Notes under the pieces: model-generated
The model's database searches: none
Seen by the model: the letters and a program-made list of their open reading frames with translations, nothing else
What the model was told of the DNA's origin: nothing
NCBI GenBank assembly: GCA_019240635.1
Contig: JAFAYA010000103.1
Coordinates: 10,021-74,020, forward strand
Length of the DNA stretch: 64,000 bases
Direction of reading: 5' to 3'
Source of the DNA: Acidisphaera sp.
GTDB lineage: Bacteria > Pseudomonadota > Alphaproteobacteria > Acetobacterales > Acetobacteraceae
In this document: positions 19,040 through 29,695 of the stretch, in pieces
Layout: every line of letters begins with the position of its first letter
Numbering within the stretch: position 1 is the first letter of the stretch
Program-made: the position numbers and the translations under genes

Positions 19040-20131
19040 TCAGCCGGCCAGCGCGAAGCGGAAGGTTTCGGCGACCATCCCCGGCCCGAACGCCAAGGCC
19101 AGGCCGTGCGCGCCCGGCGCGTTGCCGGAGCGGCGCGCTTCGAGCATGCGCCGCAGCACGAACATCAGCGTCACCGAGGACATGTTGCCGAAATCGTGCA
19201 GCACGGCGCGCGAGTACGCCAGCGCCTCAGGCGGCAAGGCCAGGCCGATCTCGACGGCGTCGAGCACGGTTCGCCCGCCGGCGTGCACCGCCCAGAAATC
19301 GATCGCCTGCGTGCCCTCGCCGCGCAGAATGCCGCCGGGATCGGGCTGCGCCAGCTCCGCGCGCAGCGCCTGGGCGATGCGGCCCGGCACCTTCCCGGAG
19401 AGGTGCATGCGAAATCCCTGCTCGCCGATCTGCCAGGTGATGAGGTCCGCGCTGTCGGGGATCACCGCGGTGCGGAAATCACCGAGGGCGATGCCGTGCG
19501 GCTCGGCGGTGACCAGCGCCGCCGCGCAGCCGTCGCCGAACAGCAGGAACGACAATACGGTTTCGAGATCGGCGGTCTCCTGCAGGTGCAGCGAGCAGAG
19601 TTCCAGGTTCACCACGAGCACCCGCGACGCCGGGTCCGACCGCACGGCTTGGCGCGCCGCCCGCAGCGCGGGGACCGCCGCCGAGCAGCCCATGAACCCG
19701 ATCAGGGTGCGCTCCACATCCGGCCTGAGCCCGAGGCAGGCGGCAAGCTGGAGGTCCAACCCCGGCGCGGTGAACCCGGTGCAGGACGCGACGATCAGAT
19801 GCGTGATCCGCGCGCGCTCCCCGCCGAGGAGCGCCGCCGCGGCGCGCCGCGCCAGCGCCAGCGCGTCGCGCTCATAGGCCGCCATGCGCGCGCCGGTGCC
19901 CGGAAAATCACGGCGCCGGTAGAACCCGTCGGCATCCACTTCGCCCGCCGCGATGTTCCCGGGGCGCAGGCCGGAATAGCGGTGCGCGATGCCGGAGCGC
20001 TCGGCCATGCGATCGAACACGCCGCGCGTCCGCTCGTCCGCCAGCAGTGTCCGCGCAAAAGCGATGAACGGCGCGTGGATGTCGTACTCCGGTACCGCCG
20101 TCGCGATCCCGTTGATATGCGCGACGGTCAA
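19040..20131 (-). CDS. Type III polyketide synthase (chalcone/stilbene synthase superfamily)
   Basis: 363 aa. Cys-His-Asn triad contexts are present (IVASCTGFTAPG, FWAVHAGGRTVLD, DFGNMSSVT). The TTG start at 20129-20131 is nested in the KS stop codon. Confidence 0.9.
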   Translation of the reverse strand: MTVAHINGIATAVPEYDIHAPFIAFARTLLADERTRGVFDRMAERSGIAHRYSGLRPGNIAAGEVDADGFYRRRDFPGTGARMAAYERDALALARRAAAALLGGERARITHLIVASCTGFTAPGLDLQLAACLGLRPDVERTLIGFMGCSAAVPALRAARQAVRSDPASRVLVVNLELCSLHLQETADLETVLSFLLFGDGCAAALVTAEPHGIALGDFRTAVIPDSADLITWQIGEQGFRMHLSGKVPGRIAQALRAELAQPDPGGILRGEGTQAIDFWAVHAGGRTVLDAVEIGLALPPEALAYSRAVLHDFGNMSSVTLMFVLRRMLEARRSGNAPGAHGLALAFGPGMVAETFRFALAG

Positions 20132-21342
20132 TCCGCCCTCCGCAGCACCAGCACGGCATTCAGCCCGCCGAACGCGAAGGAGTTGGACATCGCCACCTCG
20201 ATCGGCGCCGGGCGCGCGCGGTTCGGCACGCAGTCGAGCGCGCAGTCCGGGTCAGGCTCGCGGAAGCCGATGGTCGGCGGCAGCACGCCCTCGCGCAGCG
20301 CGAGCGCGGTCACGATCAGCTCGAGCGCACCGCCGGCATTCAGGCAGTGGCCGAGCATCGACTTGGTGGACGAGACCGGCAGCCGCGGCAGATGGCGGCC
20401 GAAGACGTCGGCGAGGATCGTGGCTTCCGTGCGGTCGTTGAGGCGCGTGCCGGTGCCGTGCGCGTTGACGTAGTCGATCGCCTCAGGCGGCAGCCCGGCG
20501 TCGGTAAGCGCCTCGCGCACGGCGCGCGCCGCACCGGCCGCGTCGGGCGCCGTGAGGTCGGCGGCATCCGCGCTCATGCCGAAGCCGATAAGCTCGGCAT
20601 GGATCGGCGCACCGCGGGCGCGGGCGCGTCGCCAGTCTTCCAGCACCAGGATGCCAGCCCCTTCACCGATCACCAGGCCGGTCCGGTCCTTCGAGAACGG
20701 CCGGCAGAAATCCGGGCTGAGCACGCGCAGCGCGTCCCAGGCCCGCATGAAGCCGACGCAGATCGAGGCGTCGCTGCCGCCCGTGACGGCTACGTCCAGC
20801 ATGCCTGCCCGGATCATCTGGAACGCGAGACCGATCGCGTGGCTCGCCGAGGCGCAGGCGGAGGCGGCGGCGAAGCAGGGCCCGCGAATGCCGAACTCGG
20901 TCGCGACGTGGCTCGCCGGACCGCTCGGCATGACACGGGGGACCGTCAGGGGGTGCAGCCGGCCCGCGCCCTCGCCGTAGAGCGCCTGGTAGGACGCGTC
21001 GAGCGTCTGCTGGCCGATCGCCGCGCCGAGCACCACGCCGGCGCGGCTGGCCGGCACGTCGTGCAGGCTGACGCCGTGCATCGCCTCGCGAGCGGCGACC
21101 AACGCGAGCTGCGCCGTGCGGTCGAGCATCGGCAGACGTCGGCGATCGAAATGCGCTTCCGGCGCAAAACCCTGGAGTTCGGCGGCGGTGCGCACGGTGA
21201 GCCGGTCCGTCGGGATGCCGGCGATCGGCCGGATGCCGCACTCGCCGCGGACCAGCGCCGCCCAGAGCGCGGGGACATCCTGCCCAAGTGCCGCGACGGC
21301 TCCGAGCCCGGTGACGGCGACCCGGCGCGCCGGTGGGCTCAA
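20128..21342 (-). CDS. Beta-ketoacyl-ACP synthase, KAS I/II (FabF/FabB-like, Cys-His-His)
   Basis: AASACASASHAIG (active Cys), VNAHGTGT, GHCLNAGG. 404 aa. The start overlaps the ACP stop. Confidence 0.9.
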   Translation of the reverse strand: MSPPARRVAVTGLGAVAALGQDVPALWAALVRGECGIRPIAGIPTDRLTVRTAAELQGFAPEAHFDRRRLPMLDRTAQLALVAAREAMHGVSLHDVPASRAGVVLGAAIGQQTLDASYQALYGEGAGRLHPLTVPRVMPSGPASHVATEFGIRGPCFAAASACASASHAIGLAFQMIRAGMLDVAVTGGSDASICVGFMRAWDALRVLSPDFCRPFSKDRTGLVIGEGAGILVLEDWRRARARGAPIHAELIGFGMSADAADLTAPDAAGAARAVREALTDAGLPPEAIDYVNAHGTGTRLNDRTEATILADVFGRHLPRLPVSSTKSMLGHCLNAGGALELIVTALALREGVLPPTIGFREPDPDCALDCVPNRARPAPIEVAMSNSFAFGGLNAVLVLRRAD

Positions 21343-21641
21343 CCGGCGCTGCCCGGAGGTGCCGCGGCGCGCCGGTCGAGCACCGCGAGGACGTGCGCCA
21401 GCAGATCGCCCACCGTGCCGAACTCGGCGCCGGCCCGCTCCGCGATCACCGGGATTTCGATGTCGAATTCCGTCTCCAGCCGGAACACCGCCTGGGTCAT
21501 GTCGAGAGAGGCGATGCCGAGCTCCTCGATGCTCGCCTCCGGCTGCAGGAGGCTACGCTCGATGCCGGTTTCCTCGGCCACGATGGCGAGGATCCGCTCG
21601 ACGCGGGGGTCGGAGGTGGTCGAGCTGCGTGCCGCATCCAT
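21339..21641 (-). CDS. Stand-alone acyl carrier protein
   Basis: 100 aa. Phosphopantetheine-site context LGIASLDMTQAV (a variant of the DSL motif). First gene of the overlapping operon. Confidence 0.8.
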   Translation of the reverse strand: MDAARSSTTSDPRVERILAIVAEETGIERSLLQPEASIEELGIASLDMTQAVFRLETEFDIEIPVIAERAGAEFGTVGDLLAHVLAVLDRRAAAPPGSAG

Positions 21642-21735
21642 CAGCCGTTTCCATTAGCCTGTTGCATGTGTAGCGCGGCCTGGCTTGGCAAGATGCGGGG
21701 GCGCTCAGACGTGATCGCGTCCGCGGCCGGCGGCC

Positions 21736-23643
21736 TCACGCCTGCTGATGGAAGTGCGCGTAAACCCGCCGCGCCGTCTCGCGGTTGATGCCGGGAACCG
21801 CCTCGAGGTCGGTGAGCCCCGCCTGCTTCACCCCACGCGCCGAGCCGAAATGGTTGAGCAGGGCGCGCTTTCGTTTCGCGCCGACGCCCGGCACCTCGTC
21901 CAGTTCGCTGCTCACCAGCGACCTTGCGCGGCCGGCGCGATGGGTGGTGATGGCGAAGCGGTGCGCCTCGTCGCGCAGCCGCTGCAAGTAGTAGAGCACG
22001 GGGTCACGCGTCGGCAGCTGGAAGGGCGGGCGGGCGTCCATGTGGAACCACTCGCGCCCGGCGTCGCGATCGGGGCCCTTGGCGATCGCCACCAGCGGCA
22101 CGTCCTGCACGCCGAGATCGGCCAGCACGCCGCGCGCCGCGGAAAGCTGGCCGGCGCCGCCGTCGATCAGCACGAGGTCGGGCCAGTGCGGCGTCGCCTC
22201 GGCGGGCGAGGCGTCCGGGTTCTCCGCGCGCTCGCGCAGCGCGCGGCCGAAGCGGCGCTCCAGCACCTCGCGCATCATCGCGAAATCGTCGCCGGGGGTG
22301 ACCGGGCCGCGGATGATGTATTTGCGGTAGGCATTGCGGGCGAATCCCTCGGCGCCGGCGACGATCATCACGCCATACGGGTTGGTGCCCATGATGTGGC
22401 TGTTGTCGTAGACCTCGATGCGCTCGGGCCGCGCCGGCAGGGCGAACAGCGCCGCCACCGCCTCCAGCAGTTTCGCCTGGCCCGCGGATTCCGCGAGCTT
22501 GCGCTCCATCGCCTCGCGCGCGTTGGTCTCGGCGTGCTGCACCACGGCGCGCTTCTCGCCGCGCAGGGGGACGGCGATTTCTACGCGACGTCCGGCCTTC
22601 AGGCTGAGCGCCTCCGCCACCAGGTCCTGCTCCGGCAGGGTGTGGCTGGCCAGCAGCAGGGGTGGGGGCTTCTTGTCGTCGTAAAACTGGGCGATGAAGG
22701 CGGCCAGCACCTCCGGCGTCTCCTCGGTGCGGGTATGCATCGGGAAGTAGGCGCGGTTGCCGTTGTTGCGCCCGCCGCGCACGAAGAACACCTGCACGCA
22801 GGTCTGCCCCGCGCCCTGCCAGGCCGCGATCACGTCGGCGTCGGTAAGGCTCGCCGGGTTGATCACGCCGCTGCCCTGCACGTGGGTCAGGCCCCGGATG
22901 CGGTCGCGGATGGCGGCGGCGCGCTCGAACTCCAGCGCGCCGGCCGCCTGCTCCATCTCCGCCGCCAAGTCCCGCTGGATCGCCGCCGCCTTGCCCGACA
23001 GGAACGCCTTCGCCTGCGCCACCAGCCTGGCGTACTCCGCCCCTTCGATCCGGCCGACGCAGGGCGCGGAGCAGCGACGGATCTGATGCAGCAGGCAGGG
23101 GCGGGAGCGGTTGGCGAACACGTTGTCGGTGCAGGAGCGCAGCAGGAAGACCCGCTGCATCGCCGTCACGGTCTGGTTTACCGCCCAGGCCGAGGCGAAC
23201 GGTCCCCAGTAGCTGCCGCGGCGCGCATGCGCGCCGCGATGCTTGACGATCTGCGGGAATGCGTGGTCCTCGGTGAGCATCAGCCAGGGATAGGACTTGT
23301 CGTCGCGCAGCACGATGTTGAAGCGCGGCTTCAGCCGCTTGATCAGGTTGGCCTCGAGCAGCAGCGCCTCGGCCTCGGTGTGCGTGGTGACGATCTCCAG
23401 TGCCACGGTCTCCGCGACCATGCGCCGCAGCCGCTCGGGCAGCCGGGCCGGCTGGGTGTAGGCCGCGACCCGCTTCTTCAGGCTGCGCGCCTTGCCGACG
23501 TAGAGCGCCTCGCCGCGTGCATCGAGCATGCGATAGACACCGGATGCCGCGGGCATGGTCGCCAGCGCCGCCTCGATCGCCGCGGCGCCGGTGAGGGGAC
23601 TGGAAACCGGTGCCTCGGTTTTAGGCTGTGGGTCCTCGCTCAT
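21736..23643 (-). CDS. uvrC: Excinuclease ABC subunit C
   Basis: GIY-YIG N-terminus ([25 protein letters not shown]), a UvrBC domain and a C-terminal (HhH)2. Confidence 0.95.
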   Translation of the reverse strand: MSEDPQPKTEAPVSSPLTGAAAIEAALATMPAASGVYRMLDARGEALYVGKARSLKKRVAAYTQPARLPERLRRMVAETVALEIVTTHTEAEALLLEANLIKRLKPRFNIVLRDDKSYPWLMLTEDHAFPQIVKHRGAHARRGSYWGPFASAWAVNQTVTAMQRVFLLRSCTDNVFANRSRPCLLHQIRRCSAPCVGRIEGAEYARLVAQAKAFLSGKAAAIQRDLAAEMEQAAGALEFERAAAIRDRIRGLTHVQGSGVINPASLTDADVIAAWQGAGQTCVQVFFVRGGRNNGNRAYFPMHTRTEETPEVLAAFIAQFYDDKKPPPLLLASHTLPEQDLVAEALSLKAGRRVEIAVPLRGEKRAVVQHAETNAREAMERKLAESAGQAKLLEAVAALFALPARPERIEVYDNSHIMGTNPYGVMIVAGAEGFARNAYRKYIIRGPVTPGDDFAMMREVLERRFGRALRERAENPDASPAEATPHWPDLVLIDGGAGQLSAARGVLADLGVQDVPLVAIAKGPDRDAGREWFHMDARPPFQLPTRDPVLYYLQRLRDEAHRFAITTHRAGRARSLVSSELDEVPGVGAKRKRALLNHFGSARGVKQAGLTDLEAVPGINRETARRVYAHFHQQA

Positions 23644-23940
23644 CGTACAGCCAGGGATTAAGGCCGCCGGGCAACCGGCTCAAGGGACGGCCGGGACCGA
23701 TGCAGGGGCGGATTCACCCGCTCCCGGTTCTCCACCGAAGCTGTGGATATGTTTGTGGGCGGGGATGCGGGCAGAACCCGGAGGCCGAGGGATTCCCTGG
23801 CTGTCACGGCTTTGCCCAAAATCGGTGCAGCTGGCTAAGTCTTTGATTTCACGCGACTTCACGATCGCGAAGCCGTGAAGCTCTGAGGAGCGGCCGCCAT
23901 CCGATTGTAATGCTGGGCGGGCGTCCGGCCCGTGGATGAA

Positions 23941-24351
23941 TCACGGGCGACGCCGCTCAACCTCCACGCCGGCCGCCGCCGCGTCGGGGAACACGTCAAG
24001 CTTTTCCACGCGCACGCGGGCCAGAACGACCCGGGAATCCGCCAGACACGCTCCCGCAATCCGCTCGGCCAGGGTCTCAACCAGAAGGACGTGCCCCTCA
24101 CTTACAATTCCCTTTACGGTTTTGGCAACCCCTTCGTAATCAACCACACGCGAAAGTCTGTCGCGGCCGACGGGTTGGCGTGAGAGCGGGCGGGCGCCGT
24201 CATCCTCCACGCCGAGATCGATGTTGATGCGGATACGCTGCGTCTGGCCGTGCTCGTGGGCGTGCACGCCGATCGAGGCCGGCAGCACGAGGTCCCGGAT
24301 GAAGACGTGGCGCAGTCCCCGCGCGGCGTCGGCGATGCGCGTGCTGTCCAT
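23941..24351 (-). CDS. folB: Dihydroneopterin aldolase
   Basis: 136 aa. IFIRDLVL.ASIGVHAHE is a typical FolB N-terminus. Confidence 0.85.
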   Translation of the reverse strand: MDSTRIADAARGLRHVFIRDLVLPASIGVHAHEHGQTQRIRINIDLGVEDDGARPLSRQPVGRDRLSRVVDYEGVAKTVKGIVSEGHVLLVETLAERIAGACLADSRVVLARVRVEKLDVFPDAAAAGVEVERRRP

Positions 24352-24361
24352 GGCGGCGGGG

Positions 24362-25156
24362 CTACTCCTCGATCCCGGCGGCGGTTGGGGGGGCGCTACG
24401 GACCGGACTCCATTGCAGGTGCTGCCCCCCGTCCAGCGCCAGCATCTGCCCGGTCATCGCCGGCAGCGCAAGGACCGCGAGCACGGCGCGCGCCACCTCT
24501 TCGGGCGTGGTGCCGTGGCGGAGCGGCACCGAGGCGCTCTGGCGGGCAAATTGCGCCTCCGTCTGCCGGGCGCTCGGCAGGGTTGGGCCGGGGCCGATGG
24601 CGTTCACCCGGATGCGCGGTGCGAGCGCCAGCGCCATGCTGCGGGTGAGCGCCCAGAGGCCGGCCTTCGACACCGTGTAGGACACGAAGTGCGGCGTGAT
24701 CGACCAGACGCGCTGGTCCAGCATGTTGACCACGACGCCGTGCGCGTCCGCCGGCAGCGCGGCGGCAAACCCCTGCGTCAGCACAAAGGGGGCGCGCAGA
24801 TTAGGCTCGATATGCGCGTCCCAGCTTTGCCGGTCGGCATCGTCCCACTCGTCGCGCTCGAAAGCGCTGGCGTTGTTGACCAGCACGCCGAGCGGGCCGA
24901 CGGCGGCCTGCGCCGCGCCGATCAGGCCGACGGTCTCCTGCTCGTGCGCCAGATCAGCGCGCAGCGCCGCGGCGCGCACGCCCGCCTCGCGCGCCTTCGC
25001 GGCGGTCCGCTCCGCCTCCTCGGTACTGTTGCGGCAGTGTACGGCGACGGAAAACCCGGCGCGCGCCAACGCGAGCACAACGGCGCGGCCGACCCGCCGC
25101 GCCCCACCGGTCACCAGGGCGGCGCGCGGGATGGCGGCCGGGATGGCCTCGTGCAT
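24362..25156 (-). CDS. SDR-family oxidoreductase (pteridine-reductase/FolM-like by context)
   Basis: TGGARRVG cofactor motif, NNAS, and Y-x-x-x-K (YTVSKAG). Its start overlaps the upstream SRPBCC stop by 1 nt. It sits directly upstream of folB. Confidence 0.8.
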   Translation of the reverse strand: MHEAIPAAIPRAALVTGGARRVGRAVVLALARAGFSVAVHCRNSTEEAERTAAKAREAGVRAAALRADLAHEQETVGLIGAAQAAVGPLGVLVNNASAFERDEWDDADRQSWDAHIEPNLRAPFVLTQGFAAALPADAHGVVVNMLDQRVWSITPHFVSYTVSKAGLWALTRSMALALAPRIRVNAIGPGPTLPSARQTEAQFARQSASVPLRHGTTPEEVARAVLAVLALPAMTGQMLALDGGQHLQWSPVRSAPPTAAGIEE

Positions 25157-25626
25157 CAGACCGGCTGGTCGGGCCGCTCCGCCGAGCTCATCTGCTTGCC
25201 TCCGGTGCCCTCGCAGAGCTGCTTGATGCTGACCAGGGACGCCTTCAGGCCGTCGCGGATCGCCGCGTCGCGCCCGCCCTGGAGCCGCTGCATCTGCTGG
25301 GCGACTTCCGGCTTCGGGCTGAAGCGCAGGGTGCAGGTCACCTTTGACGCGTTGCCGGCGGCGGCGACTTCGAGCTGGCCTGAATAGTCGTTCTCGCCGT
25401 CCGAGCCCCAGCGCAGCCGGCGCGCGTCGGGCTCGGCCTTGAACCAGCCGTCGGAGTGGTAGGGATGGCCGTTCGCCTCGCCGTCCAGCGCCACCCGCTC
25501 GCCGCCCTGCGCCTTTGCCTGGTGCACGGTGGGCAGATAGCGCGGCAGATTTTTCACGTCCGACACGAAGCGGAACACGGCATCGGCAGGGGCGTGGACG
25601 TCGATCGAGTCGGTGTAGTCGGACAT
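25156..25626 (-). CDS. SRPBCC-superfamily (polyketide cyclase/dehydrase-like) small protein
   Basis: 156 aa. The N-terminus IDVHAPADAVFRFVSDVKNLPRYLP is typical of SRPBCC/START-like ligand-binding proteins. Confidence 0.6.
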   Translation of the reverse strand: MSDYTDSIDVHAPADAVFRFVSDVKNLPRYLPTVHQAKAQGGERVALDGEANGHPYHSDGWFKAEPDARRLRWGSDGENDYSGQLEVAAAGNASKVTCTLRFSPKPEVAQQMQRLQGGRDAAIRDGLKASLVSIKQLCEGTGGKQMSSAERPDQPV

Positions 25627-25692
25627 TCCCGCATCTCCCTCTGGAGTGAGGGCTGAACGCCGCCCCGCCGCCGCCGGTTCGGCGGCTGCCGG

Positions 25693-26790
25693 TCAGGGCC
25701 GGGCGAAGACGAAGCGGTCGGGAATGCCGCGCGCGGGATCCTGCACGGCGGGCAGCATGTCGAGCCTGACGTTGTCGATGCCGTTCGCGAACCGGATGGC
25801 AGCCTTGAAATTGTCCCAGAGAAGCTCGTGCTGCCTGCATTCCCGGCATCGCTCCGCGCCGCCTACGCCGTGGCCGCCCTGGCTGCGCGGCTTCCAGTGC
25901 GCCTTCAGCAGCTCATAGGCGGGCCGGTCGGTCCTGGCCGTGCGGTTCGCCGCGAGCGTGGCCGCGACGCGGTGGCGGGAGAGCGGCGTGTCGCCCGCGC
26001 GCGGGTTCGCCTTGGCGTCCGGGAACGCAAAGATGCCGCGGCCGGCGAAGGCGTCGAACCGGCCGAGATAGGCCCGGCCGGACTGCCGCGGCAGGCCATG
26101 CGGGGCCACCATCAGGGTCGCCAGATCGACGCCGGCAATCGCCAGGGTTTCCACGGCCATCAACAGATTCTGGCTGCCCGGGACGTAGTGGCCGCTCTCG
26201 TTGTTGATTTCCAGCACGCGGCCCTGGTCGATGCGTATCTCGCCGCCGCAGAGCACGGCCTCGCCGGCCAGGTACGAGGAATGAAAGCGGCCGTCCTGTT
26301 GCAGGTTGCGACCGGCCCAGTGCGGCCCGGTATAGAACTCCCCGCCCATGCTGACGACGTAGCCGGCAAAGCCAGCGGCGATGACGCGCTCCTGGCGGGC
26401 ATCCCGCTGGATGGTGCTGGCCGGCTCGTAGTCTTCGCTGTTTTCCCACCATTTCTGCTGGTAAGCGAGGCCGCCGCTGAATTTCAGCCGATACTTCGCT
26501 GCCTGCGCGGGCGTCAGGTAGCTGGCGCTGCGGTCGGCCAGGTCCACCTCGGCGCCGTGCGCGCCCATGCTCTTGCCGAAGGTCTCGCCGAGCCAGTTTG
26601 GCAGCAGGTTGACGGGAACCCGGGTTTCCTCGGTGAGCCGCGCGACGACCGCCTTGTAGAATTCGAACACCGCCGGCCGGCGCCGTGGATTGATCTCCGG
26701 CGAGCCGCCGCGATCGGCGTTCTTGAGCCAGATGTCGGTCAGCAGGAACAGCCGGCCGAGCAGCGCCACCCGGCCCTGGTCGCTGCGCAT
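25693..26790 (-). CDS. Hypothetical protein, no family recognised; true start may lie upstream (see findings)
   Basis: 365-aa ORF with strong GC3 coding bias. First gene of the hyp-SRPBCC-SDR-folB string. Confidence 0.6.
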   Translation of the reverse strand: MRSDQGRVALLGRLFLLTDIWLKNADRGGSPEINPRRRPAVFEFYKAVVARLTEETRVPVNLLPNWLGETFGKSMGAHGAEVDLADRSASYLTPAQAAKYRLKFSGGLAYQQKWWENSEDYEPASTIQRDARQERVIAAGFAGYVVSMGGEFYTGPHWAGRNLQQDGRFHSSYLAGEAVLCGGEIRIDQGRVLEINNESGHYVPGSQNLLMAVETLAIAGVDLATLMVAPHGLPRQSGRAYLGRFDAFAGRGIFAFPDAKANPRAGDTPLSRHRVAATLAANRTARTDRPAYELLKAHWKPRSQGGHGVGGAERCRECRQHELLWDNFKAAIRFANGIDNVRLDMLPAVQDPARGIPDRFVFARP

Positions 26791-27040
26791 CGCGTGATAA
26801 CTGTCGAGCAGCGAGTCGATCCGGTTCAGGATCGTGTCGCCGGCCCGCTTGCCCGCGGTGATGAACGCCAGATCGGTGGATTTCTGGAACTCCGCTTTCG
26901 TCGGGATGGCAGGGATGGCGGCCTCTTTTCCCGCCGGAGGCGGAGCTGGGGGTTGCGGACCGGATGCCGCTACACAGGCCGGGGCATCATACCAGATACG
27001 TTCATTCCGAGCAATTTATGAAACCATTCGGCGACGGTTC

Positions 27041-29224
<2,184 letters not shown>

Positions 29225-29371
29225 GCCGTTCTTTCCTCAATCCGGGCAAGTGCGCGCGGCGGCAGGAAATGCACGCTCTCGTGGCGCTGCTCGCGGGCAA
29301 GATCACAATCGAACGGGCCGTGCAGCGGCACGCACCTCAGATGGCGCCCGGCCCCGCGAAGGCAACCCGCG

Positions 29372-29695
29372 TCAGAACGGCAGCTTCATGCCGCCTGGCA
29401 ACGCCAGCCCGCCGGTCACCTTCTGCATCTCCTCCGCCGCAGTCGCCTCCACCTTGCGCCTGGCGTCGGCATGCGCCGCGACCACCAGGTCCTCCAGCAT
29501 CTCCATCTCCGCAGGGTCGGCGAGCTTCGGGTCGATACGCACGCGCTTCATGTCGCCCTTGCCGTTCAGCGTCACGCTGACCATGCCGGCGCCGGCCTGG
29601 CCCTCCACCTCCAGGCCCTCCAGCTTGGCCTGCATCTCCTGCATCTTGCCCTGCATCTCCTGCGCCTGCTTCATCAGGCCGGCGAGATTCTTCAT
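29372..29695 (-). CDS. ybaB: Nucleoid-associated protein YbaB/EbfC
   Basis: 107 aa. [13 protein letters not shown] coiled N-terminus and VTLNGKGD.K...IDP. Confidence 0.9.
   Translation of the reverse strand: MKNLAGLMKQAQEMQGKMQEMQAKLEGLEVEGQAGAGMVSVTLNGKGDMKRVRIDPKLADPAEMEMLEDLVVAAHADARRKVEATAAEEMQKVTGGLALPGGMKLPF

Noticed and set aside
21642-21735. Sigma70-type promoter for the ACP-PKS operon in the 94-nt gap after uvrC
   Set aside because: A TTGCCA hexamer is present on the minus strand, but I could not pair it with an acceptable -10 at 16-18 nt spacing. The operon may be read through from uvrC or may use another sigma factor.
23742-23750. DnaA-box-like 9-mer tgtggatat in the uvrC-folB intergenic region
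   Set aside because: It is a single 8-of-9 match with no cluster of boxes, no AT-rich unwinding element and no replication genes nearby. It is most likely chance.
26970-27005. A short ATG-initiated frame (MNVSGMMPRPV*) upstream of the orphan gene, as a possible true start joined by a frameshift
   Set aside because: It is only 11 codons long, has no RBS, and shows poor third-position bias. Invoking a frameshift is not justified without homologue alignments. It is mentioned under the corresponding finding instead.
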